Source: Gordius albopunctatus (lineage: Eukaryota). From it: a DNA stretch of 64,000 nucleotides. Every line of letters begins with the position of its first letter. The first letter of the stretch is position 1. The translations under genes were made by a program, and so were the position numbers. The stretch is taken from the NCBI GenBank assembly GCA_964276515.1, contig OZ193910.1, positions 3,906,001-3,970,000 of the forward strand. The letters run 5' to 3'. Below the pieces are notes generated by a model. It did not search any database. It had not been told where the DNA came from and saw only the letters and a program-made list of their open reading frames with translations. Positions 11,202-22,536 of the stretch are shown here, one piece after another.

Positions 11202-14200
11202 CTACATATCTTCTTCACTATTTGCATAATTTTGATCTTCAAAATTGTCCAGAACTTGTTTAAAGTTAACGAAACCGTAAAAGTCTTTCATATTAATCAA
11301 TTGAGATCCTGGAGCTTTGTTGCCGGGGAAAGTTTTACTAAACATCAATATTGTAACACCTGAATAAAAGATTAATTAACATTTAATTAATTTCAATACT
11401 ACCGTAATGTTTAGGTTAATCTATAAAAATCATTTAGGAATCTCCTAAGATAGATATTATTTATATAGTTTTGACACAGGTGTAGTAAAGATATGACTTA
11501 GGGGGGGGGGCAAAGGGTTGCCATTACTTTTTTTTATTTTATGTTTTGGGGGGGGGCAGCTGTCCTCTTTGCCTCCCTCTGGCTATGCCCCAAATAACTA
11601 AATTTTAACAATGTCAAGGTATGAACACTGATATTGTTCTTTTACCGTTTTTTAAGAAATACTCTTGAAATCAGCCACATTCACTTCACTGCAGTTAAAA
11701 ATATTAAAAACTTTAAGGAAACCACACGTCTTGATGAAACGTAAAATGATAGTAATCTCAAAATATTCTTATAGAGTTCAATAATAAATACTAATTTATA
11801 TGAGACTTAAAGGGAATGATTAAATTTAGATCAATAGATAATCAAATCTTACCCATTTATGAAATTGATGTGTTTACCTTTACTTTTGATATCGTTGCCC
11901 AATTGAATGATTGTGGAATTGTCGGGCAACGTTGTATTAAATGACGATCCATCAGATAGAATAATGAGAATCTTTGTCATGTTGGGGTTAGTTATATTTT
12001 TAAAATAAACATTAGCGATCCCCACGGTGGTGTTTAAGTTATTGCTCCGACCTCCCATATCTAATATTGAGGTGTATATGATAGAAAAATACCCAATTGA
12101 TATTTCTTTTTTAACTATTACAAGGGGTTAATATAAAATGGATTCTTTATCATTGGATTTCGTATCGAATTCATGATGTTGGTGCATCTTAAACATACTT
12201 CGCTCAGATCATAGTCAAAGTTCTGAGTATTTAATTTAGCAAAAAGAAAATATTGGTGATTTTTAATAAGAATTTGTCAAAAATTAGTTTAAAATATGAA
12301 TTAGTACTTTTTTACAAAATGATATTTTATAGTATACTGCTTAAATACTGATGTATTATAATTTTACACTAACCCTTTAACGCCCAAAAGAAAACTACAC
12401 GTGAAAATTATTTTTTAATGGTATTTATTGTGAGATATTGAGCACAGGAAAATATTAGGGGGAAAAAATTGAATAAAAACATGAAACAATGAAATTAAGG
12501 GGGTGTACGTACACGGCTGTGTACAATGGGCGGATTAGGAGTGATATTGTCCAAAGCAAGTTCGCTCTACACACAACGTTTTCTCGCAAAGCACGCAACG
12601 CCAGCGACCTCGATTGTGGCAAATGACGCAACGCAATGGTTTTTCGATGCGCTGGGGATTGTGACCGTTATTTTTCCGCTCCAGTCCAAGTATTATTGAT
12701 GACGGTGGACGACTTTTAGTTTTTTTTCGTTGTATGTATTCTTGAGCAATCGTCCGTCTGAATAATAATGGATCCATGTATGTCACCTGTCCAGTCTTGC
12801 TGAGTAAAACATGCAGTCTCCAAGCGTTAGATATGGCCTTATCTAGGATGTTGGTAAATATTACCCACCACCATTTTTTTCCTTTTATAGGCACTCTGTA
12901 AATACTAATATACTGGTCAATTTGATCGACGCCACCCATTCCTTTGTTTTAGTTTATTATTAGTCTTGGGACATCAAATTCCACCTTTTGCTTTTGAAGC
13001 TTGTACCATCTTTTTACTTTTCCCTGAGACTCTATAGTGTCAGTTGGTTCCTATAGTGACTAGATGGTTGTCTTTCCAGTGTACAATTGATATTTCATTT
13101 TTCAAATCAAATCGGTAATCATGTTCTGCTCAGGGTCGCTTTTTCATCATTTATACAGTGCTGAGTGGACATTTCTTCGTTCTATTTTCCCGATTGTGCC
13201 TGTGGCCCTGTAGCCCAAAAGTCTCAAATCATGCAATAACTGATAGTTCGTGAAAAGGTTATCGAAATACACTATATGCTCACTTGGGACAATCGGTATC
13301 TTTGCCAGCAGAGATTTTACGACTCTCGCGCCGAGAGGATCAACAGGAATATCAGTAGATGACTTGCCGCAATAAACATCGAATGTGTAGCAGTAGTCAT
13401 CAGAGCTTGTTGCAGCCCAATTCTTATAGCCGAATCTCACGGGTTTTCCCATTATAAATTGTTTCGCTGAATGACGGCCAAAATATTAAAAACTCCCCAC
13501 TGGCACGAATTTTTCTGAATGAGATTATATAACGGTTTCACTTTGAACATTTTATCAGTCGAATCTGCAGCTAGAGAATTTTCGACGAAGTGCAGGTTTC
13601 TTTTTATGTCCAAAAACCTATTACGCGACATGCAATTTTCGACCAATGGAACTCCAAGATCTTCATCCAAACTCCAGTAAGCACGTTCGGTAGGCAATTT
13701 ATGATATCCAGTTAGCATCAATATTCCCAAAAAACTTTTCAAGTCTTCACGATTCAATTCAAAATTATGGAGATTATTTTGTCCTGCGTACAAAACACTA
13801 TTTTCTGCTATCAAGTCCATAACATCTTTATCAAAGAATTTTTCAAACAACATTGTAGGATTGTGATCAATCATTGATTCTACAATATTTTTTTGTCTGC
13901 TTTGTTTACTTCCGTTGAAAATATGCAAATCCGTGAGTCACTGTTATGACAAAGTATGTATGACCGCAATTTACAACAATACAAACTAAACAATTATTGA
14001 CGGCAGGTGCCCATTGTACACGCTTGTGTACAGTGCAATAAAATATAACCCAGCACACCGTAGTTAAAAAATATTGTCATAATAATAGTACATAACGTAA
14101 TAGTAGCGTCTATATATACATAACAACATCAAAAAAGTTAAAATATTTTTTTATTTATAATAAAAAACGATAATAATATCTTACCTAATTAATTGTGTTT

Positions 14201-17200
14201 CAAATCCATATTACAATGATAAACCAATTACATTTATCTAAGCCTTATTGCCAAATTTTATTTTTTTACAGTTGATTACCATCATATAGTTTTAAAATAA
14301 GCAATTATTTTCATAATTATCATAAAAAGAATACACGAAATGACGCTCCGAAGAGGTGTACACAAGCGTGTACGGCGGGCGGTAATGGGCTAAGCGCAGA
14401 ATGTCAAGCCATATTACCTATTTATGATAGCCAAAATGCAAAGATTTCTACAACTCTTTTTGCATTAGTTTTCATCTTAAGTTTTTTTTATCTGTTTAGA
14501 TTTAAAAACTTGCTTATTCCCCCTTGCATATAAGTGGAATTTTAAAACATTTAAGTATTACTATAATATTGTACATTCCTACAATTGAGCAAATATTTAA
14601 ATCTCATACCAACTACGTGTATATCCAAAGTTTGTTGATTTGTTACATTTGATGAAGAAGTCAGGTTTTCATATTTGGATGAAAAATATTCCACCATTCC
14701 CTTTACAGTATGTTAGAACATTGTTAGCAATTTTAGGAAATTTATTCTAGCATAGATTAGAATTTAAGTTTGGCTAATTTGTAGATCAAAGAAATCAATT
14801 TGAATTAATCAATCATATATAGATTTTAGTATTTTATATTAAACATTAGGCTGTTAAAAATATATTATATATATCCAAATTTATTTATTAAGCGTACTAA
14901 CTAAATGTAGCTTTTTGGAGGCCATAGTTAACTATTAAAATAAATACCATTTTTAAATTTTTTATTTGTAACAGATTTTTTTAAGTGAATTTTTAATCTT
15001 ATCTTACACATTTTGATTAATTGTTTTTTTTCTTTTAAAATAACTCACTTAAATTAAAAAACTTAATTAAGTTTATAATTCAAGCTATAAATTTAAGGCA
15101 CACACCTCGATTACCAAAACTCCTTGATCATATTCTTCGGAATTTGGTTCTAGTTGAACATCGTATATTATCATAATGGCTGCTGAAGTTCCTTTAAAAT
15201 AAGGATGGAGTTGTTTGATTCCTAGAATAATTCAAAAAAAGTAATTTATAATTTAGATTTATTCCTAATTTAAATATGTTACAAATTTTAGAATCTTGAC
15301 TCAGAATTGTATATAAACTTTAATTATTAATAATATTTTTTTGAATTTATGTGAAATAAATAGTTTTGACACATGGTAAATCGCTGTTATAACTAGTGCT
15401 GTTAGATTTCCTCACAAAAAATAACGAGTTCCAGGTCCTTTTGTCATTCGACTCCAAGTTTCTAATTTTTCAAGAATGATTGTGTTTAATAGTTATTTTT
15501 AAAGTTTGTTTTTAAAAATTTACAAAGTTATAAATAGCCCGTTACAATTTTTTGTAGACTTCAAAAGGTGACAAATGATAAATAAAGTTTTCAGATAAAG
15601 GATATTTTTTGACTTCAACAATAGTTCCTTTAACCCTTTGTAGAAAAGGCTTACAATGGAAAGCCATCCAAAATATTTTTTAATTTATGTCTCAAAATTT
15701 TAGCGGTTAATTGATTTTATGCTATATTTTTAATTTGTTTTACAACTAAAAATCAAAATAAGAATATAAACAATTCCGGTCAGGGTTTATACGTAAAGGG
15801 CCTAAATTACGAGGGCTGCTAACCTAGAATCAAATAAAAATAAGTCTAATTTATATAAATTAAAGACTAATATGGTTAAATTTATCCCTATCACTTTAAG
15901 CATGTAACTCGATAAAAATAACAGACATACGTATAAAAAAATTAAATATGGCTAGAAATTTTATGTCTGTGTTAGGACCAGGGGCGTACGCAGGATTTTT
16001 TTTTTTTTTTTTGGGGGGGGAGGGGGTTTCAAATTTTTTCTTCGAATATCGAACAAATTTATTGGAATTTTTTTTTATGCAATTTTATTAAAGATCTATA
16101 CATGGGCGTAGCCAGGGGGGCCGACCCCCCCCCCAAATGAAAAAAAATTTCAATGCAACTCTTTCCTCGAAGATGGAAATTCTCAATACCCTCCCAAAAC
16201 ATCACGCATTTTATATCATCAAAAATTATTTTAATATCTCAAAAATTCAACACTGCTTCCCGTCCTCATCAGCTTTTTTATTACCCGAGATTTTAAAAAG
16301 CTACGATAGCTTCATGGAAAACACACTAGAATCCATCCTTAATATCAAATTCAGCATTTCTTCGTGGTTCCAAGCTTCATTACCTACTAAAGCTGGCGGC
16401 TTGGGCATACGCCCAGCTACCTCAATTTCATTAGCAGCCTTTATCTCCTCGTATAAATCCGCCCAAGGTTTGATCGACCGATTAATCAAAACAAGCGAGG
16501 ACCCATCGTCTGTACAAGCTCTAGATGTCTGGTCTGCCAACGTCAACCCAGGGACCCCCTTCCCTATAACCTCAAGACAAAAGGATTGGGATGCTGGCCT
16601 CGTATCGCGCTCCGTTGATTACCTCTTATCGAGTTGCGACGCCCGTCAGCACTTCAACCTTAAATCTTTGGTTTTTGACGGTTGGGGTCACGAGTGGCTA
16701 GAATATCATACTAGTTTACTTTCTGGATTGATGTTGGAGGACCCAGAGCTTGCATACTCCATCGTCCTCAGACTAGGAATTCCCTATTCAAAAGAATATT
16801 CCTGCCGCAACTGCTCCCAGAACGTAGACATTTATGCAAGGCACCCCTACACTGCCCTCACAATAAATTTAAATACATAAGACACGAAAAGGTGAATAGC
16901 CTTATCCAAGCCGCTTTTAAAAAAGCCAATATCCCGTCCGTCTTAGAGCCGTCAGACACTTCGTTGGAGGGAAAGATGCGACCAGACGGCTTTACCCTCA
17001 TCCCTTGGCAAAATGGTATACCCCTTAAATGGGATTTCACCTGCATAGCATAGACATTTTCGCCACCTCTAACCAGAACTACAACGCTCTGACCCTCGCC
17101 GAACACCGCAAAACGGTAAAATACCAGGCCCTCTTACCCTCTAATATCTTTACCCCTATCGTTTCCTCGTGTTCTGGGACTTTTGGTCCTGCCGCCATCA

Positions 17201-20200
17201 AGCTTTTTAAAGATATCAGCCGTCAGCTGGCCACTTTTATTAAATGACATATGCGACGCTTTTTAATTATAATTTTTTTATATTTTGTTTTATACCCGCT
17301 CTTATATTTTTCGAATTTCAACACTTCTTTTTTTTATAATGTTCTTAGGTTCAAATAAAAAATATATACATTAATAAAATACCCATAAAAATTAAAAAAA
17401 ATATGTTTTGCCCCCCCCCATTAAACTTTTAAACGTTTCGCCCCCCCCCTAATCCAAAACCGGGCTACGCCCATGGATATACATAATAGAGACCTGCACG
17501 GCCCGGCCCGCGAATGGGCCTAAAAGCCCGGCCCGCTGCTTAAAAATAAAACAACGGGCCGATATATAACGTAACGGGCTCGGGCCGGGCCTAGTTATAC
17601 TTAAGGCCCGTTAAAAAATTAATTAGATTTAATATAAAGAAGGTGTTTTTGTAATTTTATAATTTGTAATTATTTTATGTATATTAAATTAACAAGGAAA
17701 GTTAAATTTTGTTTCCATCCTAGTTGATTAATTCATCAATAGCTCAACCCGCTTTATAAACAGGTGATTCCACGGGCGGAGCCAATTTAAATTTAAATTT
17801 TTTTTTAAATTAAAATGCTTTTATTCGCTAAAATTGGTACATGAAATATACAATAAACGGGCTTAAAATAATATTATAAATATAAAAAAATTATTCATCA
17901 CAATCGTCAATAGCCAACACGGGCCGCCATGTGTCAGAAAAAGATTTGTAATTATATTTAGCTATCAGAATGCCGATTTTTTGGCGTAAAATAAAGCTGG
18001 GTGAGTATTTAGCTTTGGGGGATCTGTTTCCTATCGATTTAAAAAAAGCTAATGATTTTTTGCCAAAAGTGGCCGAACAGGAAGCTACTATTGGAATAAA
18101 AATTTTAGATTTAGCAATAGATCGGTATTTGTGTGTTTTGCGATCTTCGGCACAAGAAAGTGGGTTATAATTATTATTAGTTGGCGCAAAAATATCGATG
18201 CAGGTAAAGTCCCATGCTAGGGACTTACCCTCCTCCCAGGGGATCATAGAAGCTCCTTCTGGACGCATTCTACCTTCTAAAGAAGGATCTGATGGTTCAA
18301 GGATGGAAGGAGTGCCGGCCTTTTTTAAAGCCGATTGGATTAAAAGGTTTATCTCAGTTTAAATAGGGCAAAAATGTTTTTTCATGTTGAATTTTTGGAT
18401 TTGGAGTGGTGGAGCTGCCCATATTTGCCACCCCATTTATACCCTCTAGCAATATTGAGTGAATTAATTTAATATTATTAAAAATTATTTATATTAATTG
18501 CTATGCAATTTATGGGCTCTCTTTTGGTTATCCGTCCTGTCCAACTTGTAATTTTTCAATAATTGCTGTGGAAACTTCTTATACGGGTTTTTAATGGCTG
18601 CGGACTTATGCTTCTGTGAAAGACTTTTTTTTCGACCTCGCCTAAGCTCAAATTCCATTATTGTTTTTGTGCCTGACTGATTACCTTTATTAATAAATTT
18701 ATTTTGGCAATTTGTCTAGGTTGTTAATTTATAACGGATGAATGCGAAACTGGCTAAATAATTCCCTGCAAATCAATGCTGACCGTTGCTAACTTCTTCT
18801 TTATCTGACCCCGGCCAAATGTCAAAATTTATAAACTCATTATCATTAACAATTTAAAAAAAAATTTTTTTATTTATTTTCACAAGTTACTTTTATCACT
18901 GTTTTCTCACTTTATATCAATAACCTAATTATTTAAAATGGTGGCAAGACAAAGAAGCTAAGTAGTTTTATAAAAACATTATAACCTTAAATAAGGGTTT
19001 TAAAAGTTTATTTGGCTTATATGGTTTTATGTATCCTGAAGCGCCACTTGTAAAAATTTTTTTCCATGTAGGTCGTTTCTTAAAAGATAGAAGAACTCGA
19101 GTGACCGGAAATTATAAATTTTTTATTTTTAAACTATTTTTATTAACATTTTAACACATATCAATAAAAAAAATTAAACAAAAAAAATAAAAAAAAATTT
19201 CCGGGCCCGGGCCGGGCTTTGTATAAAATTAACAGGCCGGGCCCGGGCTTATAATTTAATATTTTGACAGCTCCGGGCTGGGCCAGTCTTTGAAATTTTT
19301 ATTACGGGCGGGCCGACTGACCTAAACAGGCTCGTTGCAGGTCTCTAATACATAATGTAGCATCCATGTGAGTTTGTCCAGTCAAATTTAGATTTTAAAC
19401 AGCAGGTACCTGTTCCACATGAACTAAATCTAAAATTATTATCTTACTATAATCATTTAAAAATCTTACCAGCAACAGGTTCTTGTTCTACTTGATTAAC
19501 TTTTTTGACACAAAATTTAAATATTGCGTCTTTTATTTTATTCAAATTGATCGAGGAATTCATATGAAATGCTTAAGTTTTATAACCGCAAGGAAAATCC
19601 CGGAAAAATATATTAACGCGTAAAAATACTTAATGGTGTTGAATATGAGTGCTCATAGTTAATTAAGTAGCACTCATTTAATAATATTTATTAAATAATG
19701 CGATATTAGAAAATAAAAAAAAATTTCCGAAATCCGCGTGGGGGGGGGGGGCTTGCGTATGCCACTGGTTAAGACATCTTGATTATTTCCAGAGAGGGGC
19801 TGCTGCCCTCTTCTAAATCCAAAAATTTATTAAAACTTGATATAATTATAGCTTAAATTTCAAAAAAATTTCATTTTGCCCCTCTTTAAATCATTGTTGC
19901 CCCCCTCTAATCTCTATCCTGGTAACGCTCATCTTTAAATATATTTTTTAAAATCTCTAAAATAAAGATTACTTTTTTCATTTTAATTTATATCAGTCTC
20001 AAAAAAAGCTATTTCACAAATTTATACTAATCTTCTAAAGGGGATGTAGTACTTGAATTAGATATAAAACGTAAAACGCTTGATGAGGTAAATATTACAT
20101 TGATTAAGTCCTATTTTTATCGTAATTAATACTTCTTGCCGTGGCCTCGTGGCCGTAGTCAGCATTGGAATTAGAGGGGGGCACTGATGATTTAGAGAGG

Positions 20201-21614
20201 GACAAAATGATTAATGCGTGCCCTCATTTATGCATAAATGGCTGGAAATTAATAGACACATTAGCAATTGATTTTCTAAGAACATTTTGAAATTTATAGC
20301 CGATATAAACACATGGATCAGAGAATGAGATCTAATATTTTTTTGCTTTTATTCTGCTTGCTAAGTGTCTAGCTCCAGTTTTTTAATAATATTTTTTGAT
20401 GGCGAATTTAGCCCTTTTGGCCTCAAAATTGAATCTTTTAAAACTACTACCTAGACATCAAGCTTTTTTTATGATAAAAAACTTTTTAAACATCTCCAAA
20501 ATTCAGCACTGTTTTAGATCAGCTGCTGCTTTTTTACATACAGATATTTTAAGAGTATATGAATCTACAATTAAAGACCTCCTTGAAAAAATTTTGAATC
20601 TACCTTTTGATAATACCAGCTGGCTGCAGGCCACCCTTCCAACCAAATTTGGGGGCTTAGGAATTAGGTCCCCACTCACTATTTCCCTTGTGGCTTTTCT
20701 CTCGTCCTTTAAATCTGTGAAGAATCTTGTTTTTGAATTAACCTCTCAATTAAATGATTTTTTAACGGAATTAGCCATATTGTCTTGGCATGAGAACGTC
20801 ATACCAGGAACCAGCCTTCCGGAGTCGGTCAAACAACGAGATTGGGATGCCAGTATAGTATCGCGCTCCGTCGCTTACCTACTTTCGAGTTGTGATACTG
20901 TGCAGCATTTTAATCTCAGGTCACTTACGGCCGACTCTGGTCACGAATGGCTTGAATGTATCCCAAGTAAACACTCAGGACTTTTGCTTTCAAATCCAGA
21001 AGTTTCGTATGCAATAGCTCTCCGCCTAGGTATTAAAGTTACCATAGGATATCCCTGCAAAAATTGCAATAAGGAAATAGATATCTGGGCTCATCACCCA
21101 CTTCATTGCATGTTAAACAAATATCGCTTTATCCGACATCAAAAGATAAACCTTTTATTCCAATCGGCTTTAAAAAAGGTCGGCACTCCTTCCATCCTTG
21201 AACCATCCGATCCTTCTTTAGAAGGTAGAATGCGTCCAGACGGAGCTTCAGCTTCCTGTTCGGCCACTTTTGGCAAAAAATCATTAGCTTTTTTTAAATC
21301 GATAGGAAACAGATCCCCCAAAGCTAAATACTCACCCAGCTTTATTTTACGCCAAAAAATCGGCATTCTGATAGCTAAATATAATTACAAATCTTTTTCT
21401 GACACATGGCCCGTGTTGGCTATTGACGATTGTGATGAATAATTTTTTTTTATTTATAATGTTATTTTAAGCCCGTTTATTGTATATTTCATGTACCAAT
21501 TTTAGCGAATAAAAGCATTTTAACTTATTTAACAATCTTACGTAGTTCTTCGTAATAAGGCACCAAGTGGCATGCTACTATAATCGAAAAAGCAAGGCTT
21601 CGGACCATTCCCAT
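11202..21614 (-). CDS. Host gene: small predicted secreted von Willebrand factor A (VWA)-like protein, ~205 aa, 5 exons
   Basis: Phase-compatible GT-AG exons 21614-21542, 15221-15106, 14700-14610, 12060-11878, 11359-11202; hydrophobic N-terminus MGMVRSLAFSIIVACHLV; VWA-like motifs AIMIIYD, KILIILSDG, IKSKGVTILMF. Confidence 0.7.
12373..14389 (-). mobile_element. piggyBac DNA transposon (decayed) in an intron of the VWA-like gene
   Basis: TIRs CCCTTTAACGCCC / GGGCGGTAATGGG (11/13 match); CTAA on both flanks; subterminal GTGTAC-rich repeats near 12505, 14010 and 14356. Confidence 0.92.
12535..13928 (-). pseudogene. piggyBac (PGBD-type) transposase, frameshifted
   Basis: YWSLDEDLG...MSRNRF, GKPVRFGYKNW, VYFDNLFT, MGGVDQIDQ, and a C-terminal Cys-rich domain CVIC...CVLC...LC...CF..YH. 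Confidence 0.92.
16101..17475. mobile_element. hAT MITE (CATGGGCGTAGCC family) interrupted by a non-LTR fragment
   Basis: Perfect TIRs CATGGGCGTAGCC / GGCTACGCCCATG. Confidence 0.85.
16150..17360 (+). mobile_element. 5'-truncated RLE-type (CRE-like) non-LTR retrotransposon
   Basis: QASLPTKAGGLGIR (RT thumb region); CRNC...H zinc finger; RH..VN, EP, RPDG, PW..G..LKWDFT restriction-like endonuclease; frameshifted; A-rich 3' end. Confidence 0.85.
17487..19347. mobile_element. hAT MITE (TAGAGACCTGCA family) with nested insertions
   Basis: TIRs TAGAGACCTGCA / TGCAGGTCTCTA; perfect 8-bp TSD ATACATAA; GGCCCG subterminal repeats. Confidence 0.9.
17810..18352 (-). mobile_element. 3' fragment of RLE-type (CRE-like) non-LTR retrotransposon
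   Basis: RPEG...PWEEGKSLAWDFT...AEDRKTHKY; near-identical inverted copy of 21143-21523. Confidence 0.87.
20396..21523 (+). mobile_element. 5'-truncated RLE-type (CRE-like) non-LTR retrotransposon with an in-frame internal deletion
   Basis: 348-aa ORF: QATLPTKFGGLGIR, CKNC...HHPLHC, RHQKIN, LEP, RPDG; 54 codons present in the 17.9-kb copy are missing. Confidence 0.87.
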
Positions 21615-22005
21615 CGTAATCTGAACGTATGAAAAATTTGCAAGATCTAAACGTTTAAAACAAATTGTGATACATGAATTAGGTAATATGAGGTCGGTAG
21701 GTGTTTAAGATTTTATAAGTTAACAAATATGTTAAAAGTAGAGTTACTTCATTAACCACTAATCAAACTTTGCTTAACATTGAGAATATTAGCATAGCAA
21801 AAATTAAAAAACTTTAAGTTATTATGCATAAATTTCCCAATTTTTGTTCCAAATTCTCTAATCGTTTACTGCAACTACTTTAAAGTAAGCCTCTAACAGC
21901 AATTTGCATGAGAATCCGGTGCTCGTCAATAATTTTAAAATTTGTTTCGATATACCTAAATCAAATGATGACCCCTCATCTTAGAAGGATTCAGGATTTA
22001 GGAAG

Positions 22006-22536
22006 TGTAATAACTATTAATATTTTCAAAGTTATAATCAATGTTAATTAGTTATTATTAAACCCAAAAGATAATGATTATTATGGATTTAAGTCTTACC
22101 TTATAGTTTAGTATTATAATCATCCTTAGAACCCCAATTTATTATTTCATTTAATTCGAATTATTTATTTCATTTAACTCTCACAAGAAGATTATATGTG
22201 CGGTCCCAATATTTCCGCGAGCGATGAGAAAATAATTGATATTAATTCTAACAAAGAAATATATATGCCGATTGATATCTATTACTACGCGTTTACAAAT
22301 AAATACGAGCTAAATAATGATGGGAATACTCGTATTAGAATCTCACTATAATATATCGCGTATAGATCAATAGGGGGAGAGGGACTACGCGTATACCTTA
22401 AGATCCGTATACTTTAATAATAAGAGAGAGATGATGAGGGGGTTTGTGTGTGTGTGTGTGTGCGTTCACAGAATCAATGCCCCGTACTAGGCGTAATTAA
22501 TCGATGAGATCCATCGTGTGGTACACAACTACAACA
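22006..22536. repeat. Solo LTR (531 bp)
   Basis: TGTAA...CAACA termini with a 5-bp TSD GGAAG (22001-22005, 22537-22541); internal (GT)n. Confidence 0.75.

Larger units (their letters stand above)
15979..19767. mobile_element. hAT-type TIR element containing several nested insertions
   Basis: TIRs CAGGGGCGTACGCA / TGCGTATGCCACTG; 8-bp TSD GTTAGGAC / GTTAAGAC. Confidence 0.8.

Noticed and set aside
14701..14746. Longer exon 3 of the VWA-like gene using the acceptor at 14747
   Set aside because: Needs a frameshift; the acceptor at 14701-14702 has a CTAAC branch site and keeps the frame
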